Below, piece by piece: positions 20,301 through 24,900 of a DNA stretch of 26,734 nucleotides. The translations under genes and the position numbers were made by a program. The notes below the pieces were generated by a model, which was not told the DNA's origin, made no database searches, and saw nothing but the letters and a program-made list of their open reading frames with translations. Location of the stretch: IMG/VR virus record IMGVR_UViG_3300042291_000167, positions 1 to 26,734 of that record. One strand, given 5' to 3'. How positions within the stretch are numbered: the stretch's first letter is position 1; each line of letters starts with the position of its first letter. This DNA comes from a virus (lineage: Duplodnaviria > Caudoviricetes).

Positions 20301-21920
20301 ATTAGTGAATTCTACACCGTTTGGTGCTGTATATTGTATTTTACCTAATATGTCTTCTAATATATCAATACGATTGGTAGTGTTGCTGTCAATTATACGT
20401 AGTTGACCAACTTTGTTACCAGAAGTACCATCTTGGTAGTACAACACATCTAATATTGCACTGTTATATGGTACTAAATTAATTGTTCCGGCAACGTTTC
20501 TATAAAATTTTCTAGCTATCCATTCAGTACCATATTGTGCAGTAATTTTTTCATTAGTAGGAATAGGTCCAACTTCGACTAATCGCAATACTGGATCACT
20601 TATATCACCTAAATAAGTTATACGATAAAACGTTGCGCTTACATCAGTGTAGTAGCCTTCTTCGTTTAAACCTTGATTAATATTAGCAACTAATCCTGAA
20701 CCACTTGCAGTAGTGACAGCATAAGGTGTTACACCTACATCAAACAAGTTTTGTGCGATAGTGAATTCAGTAGAACTAATAATAGAGTTTACATAATATA
20801 TTGTATTAGGAAATACAGTATCATATGTTAGTATTCCACCAAACGTAGATCCATTAAATGTTATAGTTTGTCCTACTACTAAATTAGCAGTAGAAGAACA
20901 TGTTATGACATTACCAGTGGAATTAGTAGAACTGATAGTAATTGTTTGTGCAGGTACTAAATTATTGTTTACATCAAAGTTAGTTTCATCAAAGAAATTA
21001 CTGATATAACCCTGTTCATTTGGTATACCGGTATTGTAAAACATTACAGTAAGACCGTCTAACGAACTAATACCGTCGATGTTTCCAACAGTACTTAATA
21101 ATTGCCCATTGATTTGATCGTAAGGTGTAGTAGATACTACATCAACTATGTTGTTACCTGGGAAATTATATTCATCTAATGCGTCTTTTGGCGGGACAGT
21201 AAATGTTACTATACCCACTTCTGCGCCATTATTAGTAACACCAAATACATCACGTGTTTGAACGTTTGTTTGTGTAGGGTCTAAACCAGTTACACCAGGG
21301 GCACCTTGAATCCAAAACTGACTATCTTGGTTAACACTGAATCTATATGTACCACCACGTAATAATGTTAGTGTAGGGTTAGTAGACCCCTGTGTTTGTC
21401 CATCAGCAGTTACATTATATCCGTTAGGTGCATCAGTGATAATATAATCGGTTGCATTAAAAACAATGTCTGTAGAAATTGTTACTGGATCAGGACCTTC
21501 TGGCAACCAATAGTATTGATTAAAGTTAATGATTTTATCTAAGTCAGTAAAACTATCCCATGAATAAAATTGGCTTTCAAACAATCTATCATTGTTATTT
21601 GTGATACCACCTTCTAGTTTCAATGCATCAATGATGCCTGGATAACTGATAAAATCTTGAGCGATTCCTGTGTCTTTCTTTAAGAAAGCTACGCCAGGAT
21701 CTAGTTGATAATCTGTTCGTGTTTTTGTTGGCTCAATTACATATTTGTTTTTTGCATTTATGCCGTAGCCAAACTTAGTACCAATGTAACCTTCAATACG
21801 TTCCGTATTTGGTTGGTCAACAATTTGATCCAATGTAGCCGCTAAAAACTGAGCATTGGTTGTTGTTTTAAAAATGTCTGGTAGAAAGTTTAGTGTTCTA
21901 ATTCTTGTACTTGTGGCCAT
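2382..21920 (-). CDS. Giant multidomain baseplate wedge/adhesin-like virion protein (6512 aa; gp7 position)
   Basis: 19.5-kb uninterrupted ORF immediately downstream of the gp6-like gene. It contains a YLNEVKPYHV segment resembling the conserved (H/K)P-x-(G/H) segment of gp7/P2-gpI-type wedge proteins. It also has GGxGY..P repeats, FG-GAP-like and BNR-like propellers, and many Thr-rich beta modules. Confidence 0.75.
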   Translation of the reverse strand: MATSTRIRTLNFLPDIFKTTTNAQFLAATLDQIVDQPNTERIEGYIGTKFGYGINAKNKYVIEPTKTRTDYQLDPGVAFLKKDTGIAQDFISYPGIIDALKLEGGITNNNDRLFESQFYSWDSFTDLDKIINFNQYYWLPEGPDPVTISTDIVFNATDYIITDAPNGYNVTADGQTQGSTNPTLTLLRGGTYRFSVNQDSQFWIQGAPGVTGLDPTQTNVQTRDVFGVTNNGAEVGIVTFTVPPKDALDEYNFPGNNIVDVVSTTPYDQINGQLLSTVGNIDGISSLDGLTVMFYNTGIPNEQGYISNFFDETNFDVNNNLVPAQTITISSTNSTGNVITCSSTANLVVGQTITFNGSTFGGILTYDTVFPNTIYYVNSIISSTEFTIAQNLFDVGVTPYAVTTASGSGLVANINQGLNEEGYYTDVSATFYRITYLGDISDPVLRLVEVGPIPTNEKITAQYGTEWIARKFYRNVAGTINLVPYNSAILDVLYYQDGTSGNKVGQLRIIDSNTTNRIDILEDILGKIQYTAPNGVEFTNGLKVVFQGDIYPVSYENVQYYVEGVGTAIQLIPVADLIAPEPFTSSTYIPYDTLPYDIGNYDSNLYIPVTQDYITIARNSINKNPWSRSNRWFHIDVINATATYNNNPNFVTIAATQANKAKRPIIEFYPNLRLFNSGYLGKAPIDFIDFRTTDAFEYVAGQENYYPDVEVYTAYTATINSVTASTTTTISMATSDITGAFQVGQYINDSTNLLPTNSQISNISVASGVTTLTVTWLGNYTFGGTTVASLIANDGQNDNYALFDGARVVFAADTNENVKDKIYVVRFSSIAELSTPVITLTPADDGEVLPLEQTVAFRGFNYQGKDFYFDGIDWFESQQKTTVNQPPLFDIFDENGISLSNSNYYVGSSFEGTKLFAYGLGSGLDDSILGFPIRYSSIDNVGDISFDVSLNADTFNYVRGTTPITQKVNTGYVYNYTELGEQYRQIGWETAVGNSVQYQIFEFNYYASAPTTTYTCDVSMLSPDASVWPTLQVYVNNVLQTGNYTVTVGPNSTVINFTVPDPLVDTVVQVSILSNQVSSVGYYSIPINLNNNPLNQDITVANVGDIRGQYQSIFYNNPNTTGVVFGANNYRDLGNLVPWGNRIIQNSASLVLPGTFLRKQNHNLFNALMFNSKEYINFKTLLVSTVNNTDYSRYYSPAYMLDDALDQITASKTEDESFFWSDMLPSKAAYISNTYSFANSLDVSIYPLSRIYNYDTANYYGILVYLTRTTDGVAQNTQLIKGIDYTVSSTSPALTVETDLLPGDQITINEYNQTYGSYCPNTPTKLGLYPSTIPQVILDSNYANPTYFIVGHDGSYNKLYGDYIDGQLIDFRDKVLLEFEKRVYNNLKLSNVIPINESDVIPGFWRTTDYSLDEIKQIYSVNFLNWVGQNRVNYKKQVYNANNQYTYNYNRSGNKINRDPIPQGYWRGIYEYFYDTSNPDTKPWEMLGFANQPTWWATRYGSAPYTSDNLVLWGDLAAGYIWNDGAPYINEAYVRPELLQVLPVDTAGDLVSPFIAIVGNYSNQSFIRDWVVGDTGPTEFSYRRSSSWPFDLMKLYALTKPAEFFNLGVDVDNYKYNLEFNQYLVNDRSHLVISDVEIYGNGTPKTSYINWVVDYEKQIGIDATQNITDLLDNLDVRLVYRLAGFSDKNLLKFYVEKGTPNSNNASLLIPDESFGVLLYDNQPFERIVYSGVIVQSTPEGYFKVYGNSQTNAYFTISNPKINGNYDRITMQNLSVQVPKDYYNTTSVVSYGTEFYSLQEVAVFLSSYGRYLSTQGVLFDQIETGLEVSWNQMIAEFLYWAQSGWESGSLINLNPAASLISINKDSYIVQPLTLQQQNFILNQNLYPIQSVDMSIVRDGTLFTAQPLNQGDTVAYGQFNISNFEHGIVFDNVTLFDDIIYNLITGLRQQRIVVRGTKTAEWNGTIDAQGFILNQDNIIEWNNETKYTTGSIVKYKNKYWIAVKIIQASEIFDERDWKETDYNEIQKGLLPNSSTRSYESTLYYDVNKANLENDADLLSFSLIGYRPRDYLALADLTDITQINVYKNFIKNKGTLNAVSAFKGASLPQGGIDYEVYENWAIKAGEFGGVLNSNFVEFKLNQSELTGNPSTVELTNGVYTQGIQQQVPLYNIFNYGRPITNPNVLPTLPIDTPNILFPDAGYVSFDDVKIHAYYYFGLTGAETPITRLYQGDYVWIANLQGTWQIMSPLSLGTVVEAKNLSNGTITIRFATAQTLAKYSAFAVTNFNNRINGYYTVQSVIDPYTVLVSANLDPAIQSITGQGIGFKFQSHRAEEPSDIINLPLLDNEFVKNKAWVDLGNEGSWQVYRKSLNYTYDSEIVKSNSQTFGSAVAYTDNVGYLIADADAGEVYRYIYNALTEQYELFQTYTGSASFGTTISYSDNTFAVSQPTGATVGDRTISIYQLVSNTLTDSLVLIQEPIQAPSSSITNWGTATAISGDQNWLYVSDTVNNRVYVYRKSQITGKYEYVNIISITGVGGLDQFGYSLSTDYYGHTLVIGTPDQNYSATIDNSGYSYIFDRLYQNFEAQSSSQQFIPLLFNLSVATNTTAYNASITTSVSNKINVDTLQGLSVGTPAVFTGPVFGDISLNTVYYVRDTFSPANQVTLSTSKYTATVDTTYATGNKIRVSSNSDFVVDAPIVFYGETGTSNIVSGTKYYIKSITTVTIDTIDYDAITISTTIGGTTFTVANSDLNVTAVTFGDEVTLSSDTGTMTLNAQTQPVFVSVNGTFISEDQYAVIGNVLYMYGNITAGDIITLSSSTFVLMQTLSTGTTPRVGTQFGQSVAVNKYASEVLVGAPFQLSDTTGEGAVYRFTNGGGKYGMLTGTVDCSLTASETILINGFAVTLPIGGATGAANAINAARITNVEAANVDGKLVISLVNASLATINDKLNVAALSPTAYTGMGITPYTLTQTVTCPHVGGATQFGEKIKFNEFGSFIVSAPTGTRFAGTTFDSTDDENFDNDTIFDNNTTQWVDPFVNAGAVYMFDYLSNYNENLLNVGNFVYAQSVNDINQEYGNQPYYGQAIDFNNYTVIVGSPQFRPSFVNGQVVVYTNIIGEQDWVVFRESTPIVDTSRIQNGLLYSAITNNTLENLDYIDPLQGKLLGAVRENIDYVSNTDPASYNSPNTTNRGSGVWGSPQVGELWFNTSNTRFVNYHQPDVTYNSKWWGRVFPGSNVSIYSWISSNVVPSQYQGPGVPYDTDNYAIELIQDARGSLVPQYFYWVRNTNIVFTKLGKTLSDTILEYYIINPINSGISYFAPLLPNAFALYNSDPYINNTDTIFHVGFSTGTNDDESHSVYNLIRANYADDFLPGLPSTNSIDTPESLYDRMLDSLAGVDETGAVVPDPYLPKPVQYGIYARPRQSFFVNRFGALQNYLQYANEVLAQFPITETRSANFLFQDGAVNPSTVNNPNWTGGTELFYDTQQYWNYIDWWATGYNNNTKSALRVPLYADLSTLAVPSGTIVTVAQNGNGKFEVYRSNDDSTWTRIGLEDGTIEFSSTLWDYEEARLGFGDNFFDTTPYDEFPSQETRYILRALNEQIYTQELQIYRNKSLILLFEYIQTETIESQNYLPWLNKTSFIDVGHTIRELLPIEVFQTDNQDFLQGYLNEVKPYHVVIKEFLFKYTGQDVYDGDITDFDLPAQYDSSIQQFVSPELVYANPSSAYEFLPIDPIWETQAYSQWFNNFGLSITGVNDYPITTLSSYISLNSNSFTVDNSFGFPINGVVLIDDELIAYSNVDRSTSTLSGLTRGIDGTSITQHIPGAQLIIDLPAVLLLDGGRGYTEPPKVTAYYDETLYGPPKRAAQLEAVMYLDSVLLVNVIDPGAGYPVLPEIRIDPSISISFNSTQVSTLTNTIVLDTPLLQTGDLIKYVVGDNTTAVGGLDDGQYYYINVLETAPAFTVALYTNYGDAVSDERRVVLFNQGTGSNNKLNLSARASCVSTSVPIRQNQITLRFDRTSYTSRVTDWESGAFYGSFYAGLYNNSESISSSSISLQSTQPPIDSILASAAGAAFEINSVANDESLTWSSRTRNVTATVADNKITIIESTGGTTQGLAGVGPTIGFYVGMPVKFEGAVGTTGLVNGTTYYVAEVTNDSQIKISATDGGSVFSLNAEAISVAGLILYVGQVNPATIVNINYPGLRQVTATTATTNKLTVPLTLSGQGGTSEFYTNLPVFFTGNVFGGIVENETYYVTTVADNQTFTISTEQDPLMLNITSMTSTGNLVTCNSTLGLTVNDPIIFTDFTVASGTTNLVEGTTYYVQSVFSGTQFKVSTNINSGEIDPGTATLTGTVTDQTDTVTLTTATGSMTMNVGLPVSPGQINGQQFTFYPTSAQINDPAYTNSNLIERVIPATVTETTVGTGGWAFLTYTSGGLTNIYVNMPIEVDTTYGGLTAGTVYYVTEADSIETTVTSTTAGNALICTSTAGFYVGMPIVFDGTSLGGTQLDFQYYVQSIASGTSFKIAETPTGTEVDLTSDSGSMNALGETYIKVATTLGGTPIALTTVTAGETNLTQVPDPTGADPATFDVSSILGGYRVIVTNDSSGYAIDNIITINGSELGGTDGVNDLTMTVNTIGTNGELVSLICSGTPAGTNTEYYLKVISANQCQVYSDSLLQIPVAYDDFTYIGIRSTTATATTGGGTDSVTVISSTNFAVNDPVVFTGSVFGGLTVGQVYYILSVTPTTVTVSETIGGTAVNLTTDTGTMYMAKSGDYALLPEPFFFNQSIVKYNNKVYQCVVSNNDTDFIFGKWEVLDSGSRELNALDRIVGYYQPTVNMPGLDLTQLVNGITYPNPTYYGNAFAPDDEYELDTILQDQPFYPTEIDTVSIVWDGAGYIGAANSPEYSAVIASPDNTDWVIDNISNQPVGVTDIVYADGTYVITTTNSATPIYTSPNGIVWSTNGSYTPYGSAPYDEIPYDVTALVVESTLLNSVSYLNNKWVAVGNNIVTSEDATVWRETDAFTNGLTNILNGVIGANTTNFTGFVAVGKGQNDVSGITTDVNVLKTSTNGTIWSTLNTLSTKGFNAVTASSTQLVTVGEDGIIYTSQNGVNWLGVNEAVIVSVNGSSNEIIVPSTAGFQVGDTVRFTSSFGVISSSTSYTISAIPSTTQVQLTSTTLTGVVPTITTYMYLYPRTATLNDVHYANGIFIAVGDTGTIKTSTDAFTWTSVTSGTTQHLNGVNYNTDDTVWIVVGDNNVILQSTDNGSTWESSSVFLTDPTVYNVQGDPFLSGYGPEEMVPGVVTDNLTMIVTTRPGTNWDATEYQHVGYNVVSIEIVPESGTQTTFSFDNLVQIPAQIAVWQIDGITGLGTRLYDGYDYTANNSSNWINKIVELNSPLPLGDSLRIDVYEVGNGDQLVKSNSQTDPIRINDITGFNEIYLSCNYSGTRTSGSGVIRQGTEPLQTVVTATDGTSDSMLCVDVSTLTINQQITFQGDLFGGVVVDTPYYVKTISNITNTITISDSITLGVAGPTLQLTSDIGSMDLIIQVGSGTVWSDPITYHNGDKLIFGTLTQVSQTKSSTNTVVCNSTGGIAVNDRITFSDTMIGGLTPQTTYYVLSVVDGNEFTVSTTQGGAVVTLTDDNGGALAVTNDYAFGQVTNSITAKIIFSAQYNDADDYLVYTVFGETQPEQYGYTIPETEVFLVPASPVTSFTLSNYYSGDNSENAVVEHNGLRLVDVSDYTINTMTGVLTLTFSPSSGDTIAVTTYNLTERQYLHTSYGGSFSGSITTSLTISDATHQPGYDAVITAGSFVIGVEYVIESVGTTDFTLIGASSNTVGVIFTATGNGSGTGTAAIGWDGGLTVTAGSFVIGATYEILTAGTTNFTLIGAIDNNVGTMFTATGIGSGTGTAGTGLFSPGPDYLTLGSGSTSSLNINDAIIFNAPTIGGITANQIYYVVAILSSTEFAVSETLGGEPVTLTTTFGSMTGITNPPSVSNIVAIDNAIAPPIASTIVTSATGTVITGTSTAGFVLGQTIIFKSAGSTIGDIVNGNYYYVESIIDGTDFTISETPGGSAFIVDAGTVSGTLIAYVGGLEAVRVTTGVPHNLATNNIVRIDGTTGSTQLNNNTYYVKVVSDTQVDLYNATYDPAYGYVNSPVVSVSTYTGGGYIWLNQSFTLTTTIARETFASTNRIRVDSTSELVEGTPVIFTGSNIGNLVANTTYYVKSIASSTQFTISATRGGSEFVQINDTGTMGVTQWEQVNVDRLWVTVNGYRVPSSSLVINADNNLSILTTIVPGDIIIITSMMPTATPNEEVYINNVTKSGIASVYRANTETRTWLTSDLFDTNQTIYVNDVTRLTNQIVQNVTSPAAIDGVTTIGLTADKRIICQVIIYNNTTSTTLSSSAYSVVVENIAPVLKITSGVSVGNSLTITTIEGNVIYVNGEQIRFSEVDFVLNSLSNIQRGANGTGEQTFIPEYSEVYGTLSENRLIQADYFETWNSDIYNTTDGDPLQISVTNGADFLREDVS
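4233..4544 (-). repeat. Tandem pair of 47-aa modules TAGSFVIG..Y.I...GTT.FTLIGA..N.VG..FTATG.GSGTGTA (4404-4544 and 4233-4373)
   Basis: 34 of 47 residues identical by manual alignment, with a period of 171 nt. Confidence 0.9.
6145..7300 (-). other. BNR/Asp-box-like beta-propeller within the giant protein (7 blades counted)
   Basis: Seven S-x-(D/N)-x-x-x-W-type motifs: SPDNTDW, SPNGIVW, SEDATVW, STNGTIW, SQNGVNW, STDAFTW and STDNGSTW. Most are preceded by LN.V......(F/W)VAVG-like strands. Confidence 0.75.
12600..14780 (-). other. FG-GAP (integrin-alpha-like) beta-propeller within the giant protein (7 blades counted)
   Basis: Blades begin FGSAVA, FGTTIS, WGTATA, FGYSLS..VIGTP, FGQSVA..LVGAP..GAVYRF, FGEKIK..IVSAP..GAVYMF and YGQAID..IVGSP..GQVVVY. 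Confidence 0.8.
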
Positions 21921-21942
21921 ATTAAATCTCTATCAATTATAT

Positions 21943-21950
21943 TACTTATC
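21943..21950 (-). promoter_or_regulatory. Late-promoter-like box variant GATAAGTA
   Basis: Contains the TAA stop of the gp6-like gene and ends 22 nt before the ATG of the giant gene, the same spacing as the box at 1589-1596. Confidence 0.5.
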
Positions 21951-24900
21951 TTATTTGCAATTCGGCGGGTGTGAGTGCGGCTATTACCTGCACGTCAGAT
22001 GCTGTGGCTGCGTTTTGAAAGATTTCATAAGGGGCACATTTAATTTCATATAAGTCACCAAAAGATTGTGTAGGGTTGTTAGGTACAAGTACCACTGAGC
22101 TAATTATTTCTCCTAATTGGTCATGTAGATACGCACTCAATTCAGAGAAATAAAACGTGTCTCCAAAGTTCCAGTTATTAATATTAAAATAACTATTCAT
22201 TGAAGATAATACTGCGCTACGAATTTCGCTATTACTTGCATTAGTATTAGCGGCTTTAACTACTTTGACAGTAGCACGTAATGCAGGTGCGGCTTTTGCA
22301 CCAAATAATGGTTTGAATATAACACTGTTAGGTATTAAACTGTCACTTAACATCTTATAATCTTGTAGTTTACCATATGACTGATTTAACTCATTAATAG
22401 TAGGTTTGTTTGGTTCTGAAATAGTACCAGTTGTGTCTTGTATCCAATTTTGATATTGTGTATAATAAGATTGTGTTACTAGATACAAATCAATAATGTT
22501 TGTTGTTGCAGGATCAATACGTGTAGTATTATTACTATTGTGACGATACTGGAACTGAAGACCTTGACGTCCATACTGAATCGAGTATTGTGGTTGCTCA
22601 ACTAACACATAGAAAGGCGTGTTTACTGTATCATCTTGTATTGATGTGTAAAACTTATTTTCAGAATAGGCGTAGAACAATTGTCCTTCAGGATATTCAT
22701 ACTTTACAACTTCAATTTGAGTCTTAGTGGCATATACGTAATTTACACTAGTGCTAGGTATGATTTGATAACGAGACAAACTAATAGCATCTTCAACTAA
22801 TTCAAAGAAGGTGTATATCCCTATGTTAGAACTATTAGGTTGATAACCTGTTATAGTAGTAAAGAAATCAGGATCATTGATAATTGTTCTATCGTTAACA
22901 TCAATACTAGCTACTTCTACTTCAAAGTCATTGATATAACCATCACTCTCAACTGTCTGCCCTAGTATACTTATTTGCACTGGTTTACTTAATGGATAGT
23001 TAGAATTGTATTGTGTATTTGTAGCAAGAACTTTTACATAGTCTTGTAATACTTTACCTGTAAAGGGGTCATATACTAATTTACCTGTTTCAAAATTGAA
23101 ACGAGTATCTGCTACGCTTCCAAAGTAATATTGTAAACTTCTGTAGGCTATTTGATAAACATTGTTACCTAAGCTATTAAAGTTAACAAACCAGTTAGTA
23201 GCATCATATGCTTCTACACTCCATCTATCTTGTGACACAAGTAATGAATTGTTGAAAACTAATGAGAAGTCTTGATTCAATTCCATTCTAGTAATACATT
23301 CTTGTATCACTAGTGCTGGCAATGAATTATCAAATGCAGGTATGATTTGTGTTACTATTACACCTTCAGGAACATATGCATTTAATGTGACCGGACCAGT
23401 TCCATTACTAAATTGACCTTCACCATTATTATAACCATCACCGATAACATTAAGTACAGTAGTCCAAATATATGTAGGGTTACTTGAACCAGCAATACCT
23501 GCTACCAAACGATTATTACTATCAAAGTAATACCCAGCCGGTGCAGTAAGTTTTAACATAGCACCTTTAGTGGCATATTTCATGCTATATGTTGAATATG
23601 TGCCAATTGGAATAGCTACTTCATCACTACCACTTAAATTATAAAAATATCCAGTAACACTATTAGCATCAACAGTAGATTCTTTCCAATAAACAGTACC
23701 ATCACCTGTCGTACTGTTAACATTATATCGTGTAAAGTTTTGTAAGTAATATTGTCTTGCTCTATTGTCTGCAAGTTCAGCGGCCAAAGTAGTTGTTAAA
23801 AACGTAATAATGTCACCGGTGGTAGAGATGGTTAATCCCAAATTACCATTGTTACTATTTTGGTATATTGCGCCGTCATTTGCAAATGAATTAGTGCTGG
23901 AGTATTTTCCGGTTGGGTCTAATAAATCTAAATTTTTTGACACACCAATTGAACTACGGTTAATTGCTTTGCTTTTAATAATTGAATTATATAATGTGTA
24001 TGGGAAGTTGTTGTAATCTTCCCCATTAACCATTCTGTTCTGTGTATAATAGCGGGCAGGGGCTCGTTGTTTAATATTTGCTAGTGTTTCTCTTGCTTGT
24101 GCGTTTGATACAGGTAGTTGTAATTCTAATCCTAATGTAAGTGCTTCTGTTCGTCCTGCTCGACTAATATAATTAATTGTGACACTTAGACCTTGCATTT
24201 CAGTTGGGTCAATAGTATATGTCAATGCATTGCCTGCACGAACATATGATCTAAATGTACCAACTGGAATCTCAGAAAATACTCCGTCACCAAAACTGTA
24301 ACTTACTTGGTCGTTATAACGTGACACGACCGAGAAGATTTTCTTAGCACTAGTTTCTGTTTGTAGATATGCATCGGCATACACATTCTCTACTTCTTTC
24401 CATAGTGTTCTTGTTACTATACTAGTGTTGTCTGTACTCAATTGAAACAACCAAGTATCTGTATTGTTAACACCTTGAATATCACTAATGTCTACAACTT
24501 GATTGCTAATTTGTTGCTGTAGGTTGAAATCATAATTCTGTAGTCTTCCTTGTTTGAAGTAAAAGAAGAAACCTGTGTTTGGGCTACCGTAACCTAATCT
24601 GTCGTTACGATATACCATATTCATTTTACCTGTTGGTGCAGGTGGAATTTCATATACATAATCTTCATCCAAACTTGTAACGCTTACCAGTTCAAAATTC
24701 ATTGTTTGATTATCAACTACTGACGAGAAAGGAACTACTGGTAAGTTACCACCGGGAATATTAATTGTGTACTCGTCAGTTTTTATACCTAATAGTTGTG
24801 CTGAATTACCAGGTCTACCTACACGCTGAGTATTGATTAGTGTAGCATTTACAATAGTGTTATATTGATTTAACCAGTTAGAGTTTGCTGGATCATTCCA

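Larger units (their letters stand above)
3200..20950 (-). repeat. Dispersed ~80-aa beta module, about 16 copies (consensus roughly ST.G(F/L).VG.P(I/V).F.G..FGG(L/I)..G..YY(V/I)..I...T.F.(I/V)S.T.GG..V.LT.D.GSM)
   Basis: Read from the translation. Copies are centred near nt 20830, 14000, 13800, 10120, 9520, 9210, 9020, 8600, 8430, 7760, 6500, 5430, 5120, 4100, 3810 and 3300. They are divergent at DNA level. Confidence 0.8.

Noticed and set aside
2382-21920. Inteins or self-splicing introns as the cause of the giant ORF's size
   Set aside because: I saw no intein splice signatures (C/S start with HN-C/S/T end) or LAGLIDADG/HNH motifs at the insert boundaries, and the frame is uninterrupted.
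959-24016. Plus-strand ORFs in the track (e.g. 959-1372, 13048-13329, 15849-16205, 21856-22053, 23765-24016)
   Set aside because: All lie antisense to long minus-strand genes. Their Val/Pro/Leu-rich or low-complexity translations are the expected shadow of Thr/Gly/Asn codons, and I see no recognisable motifs.
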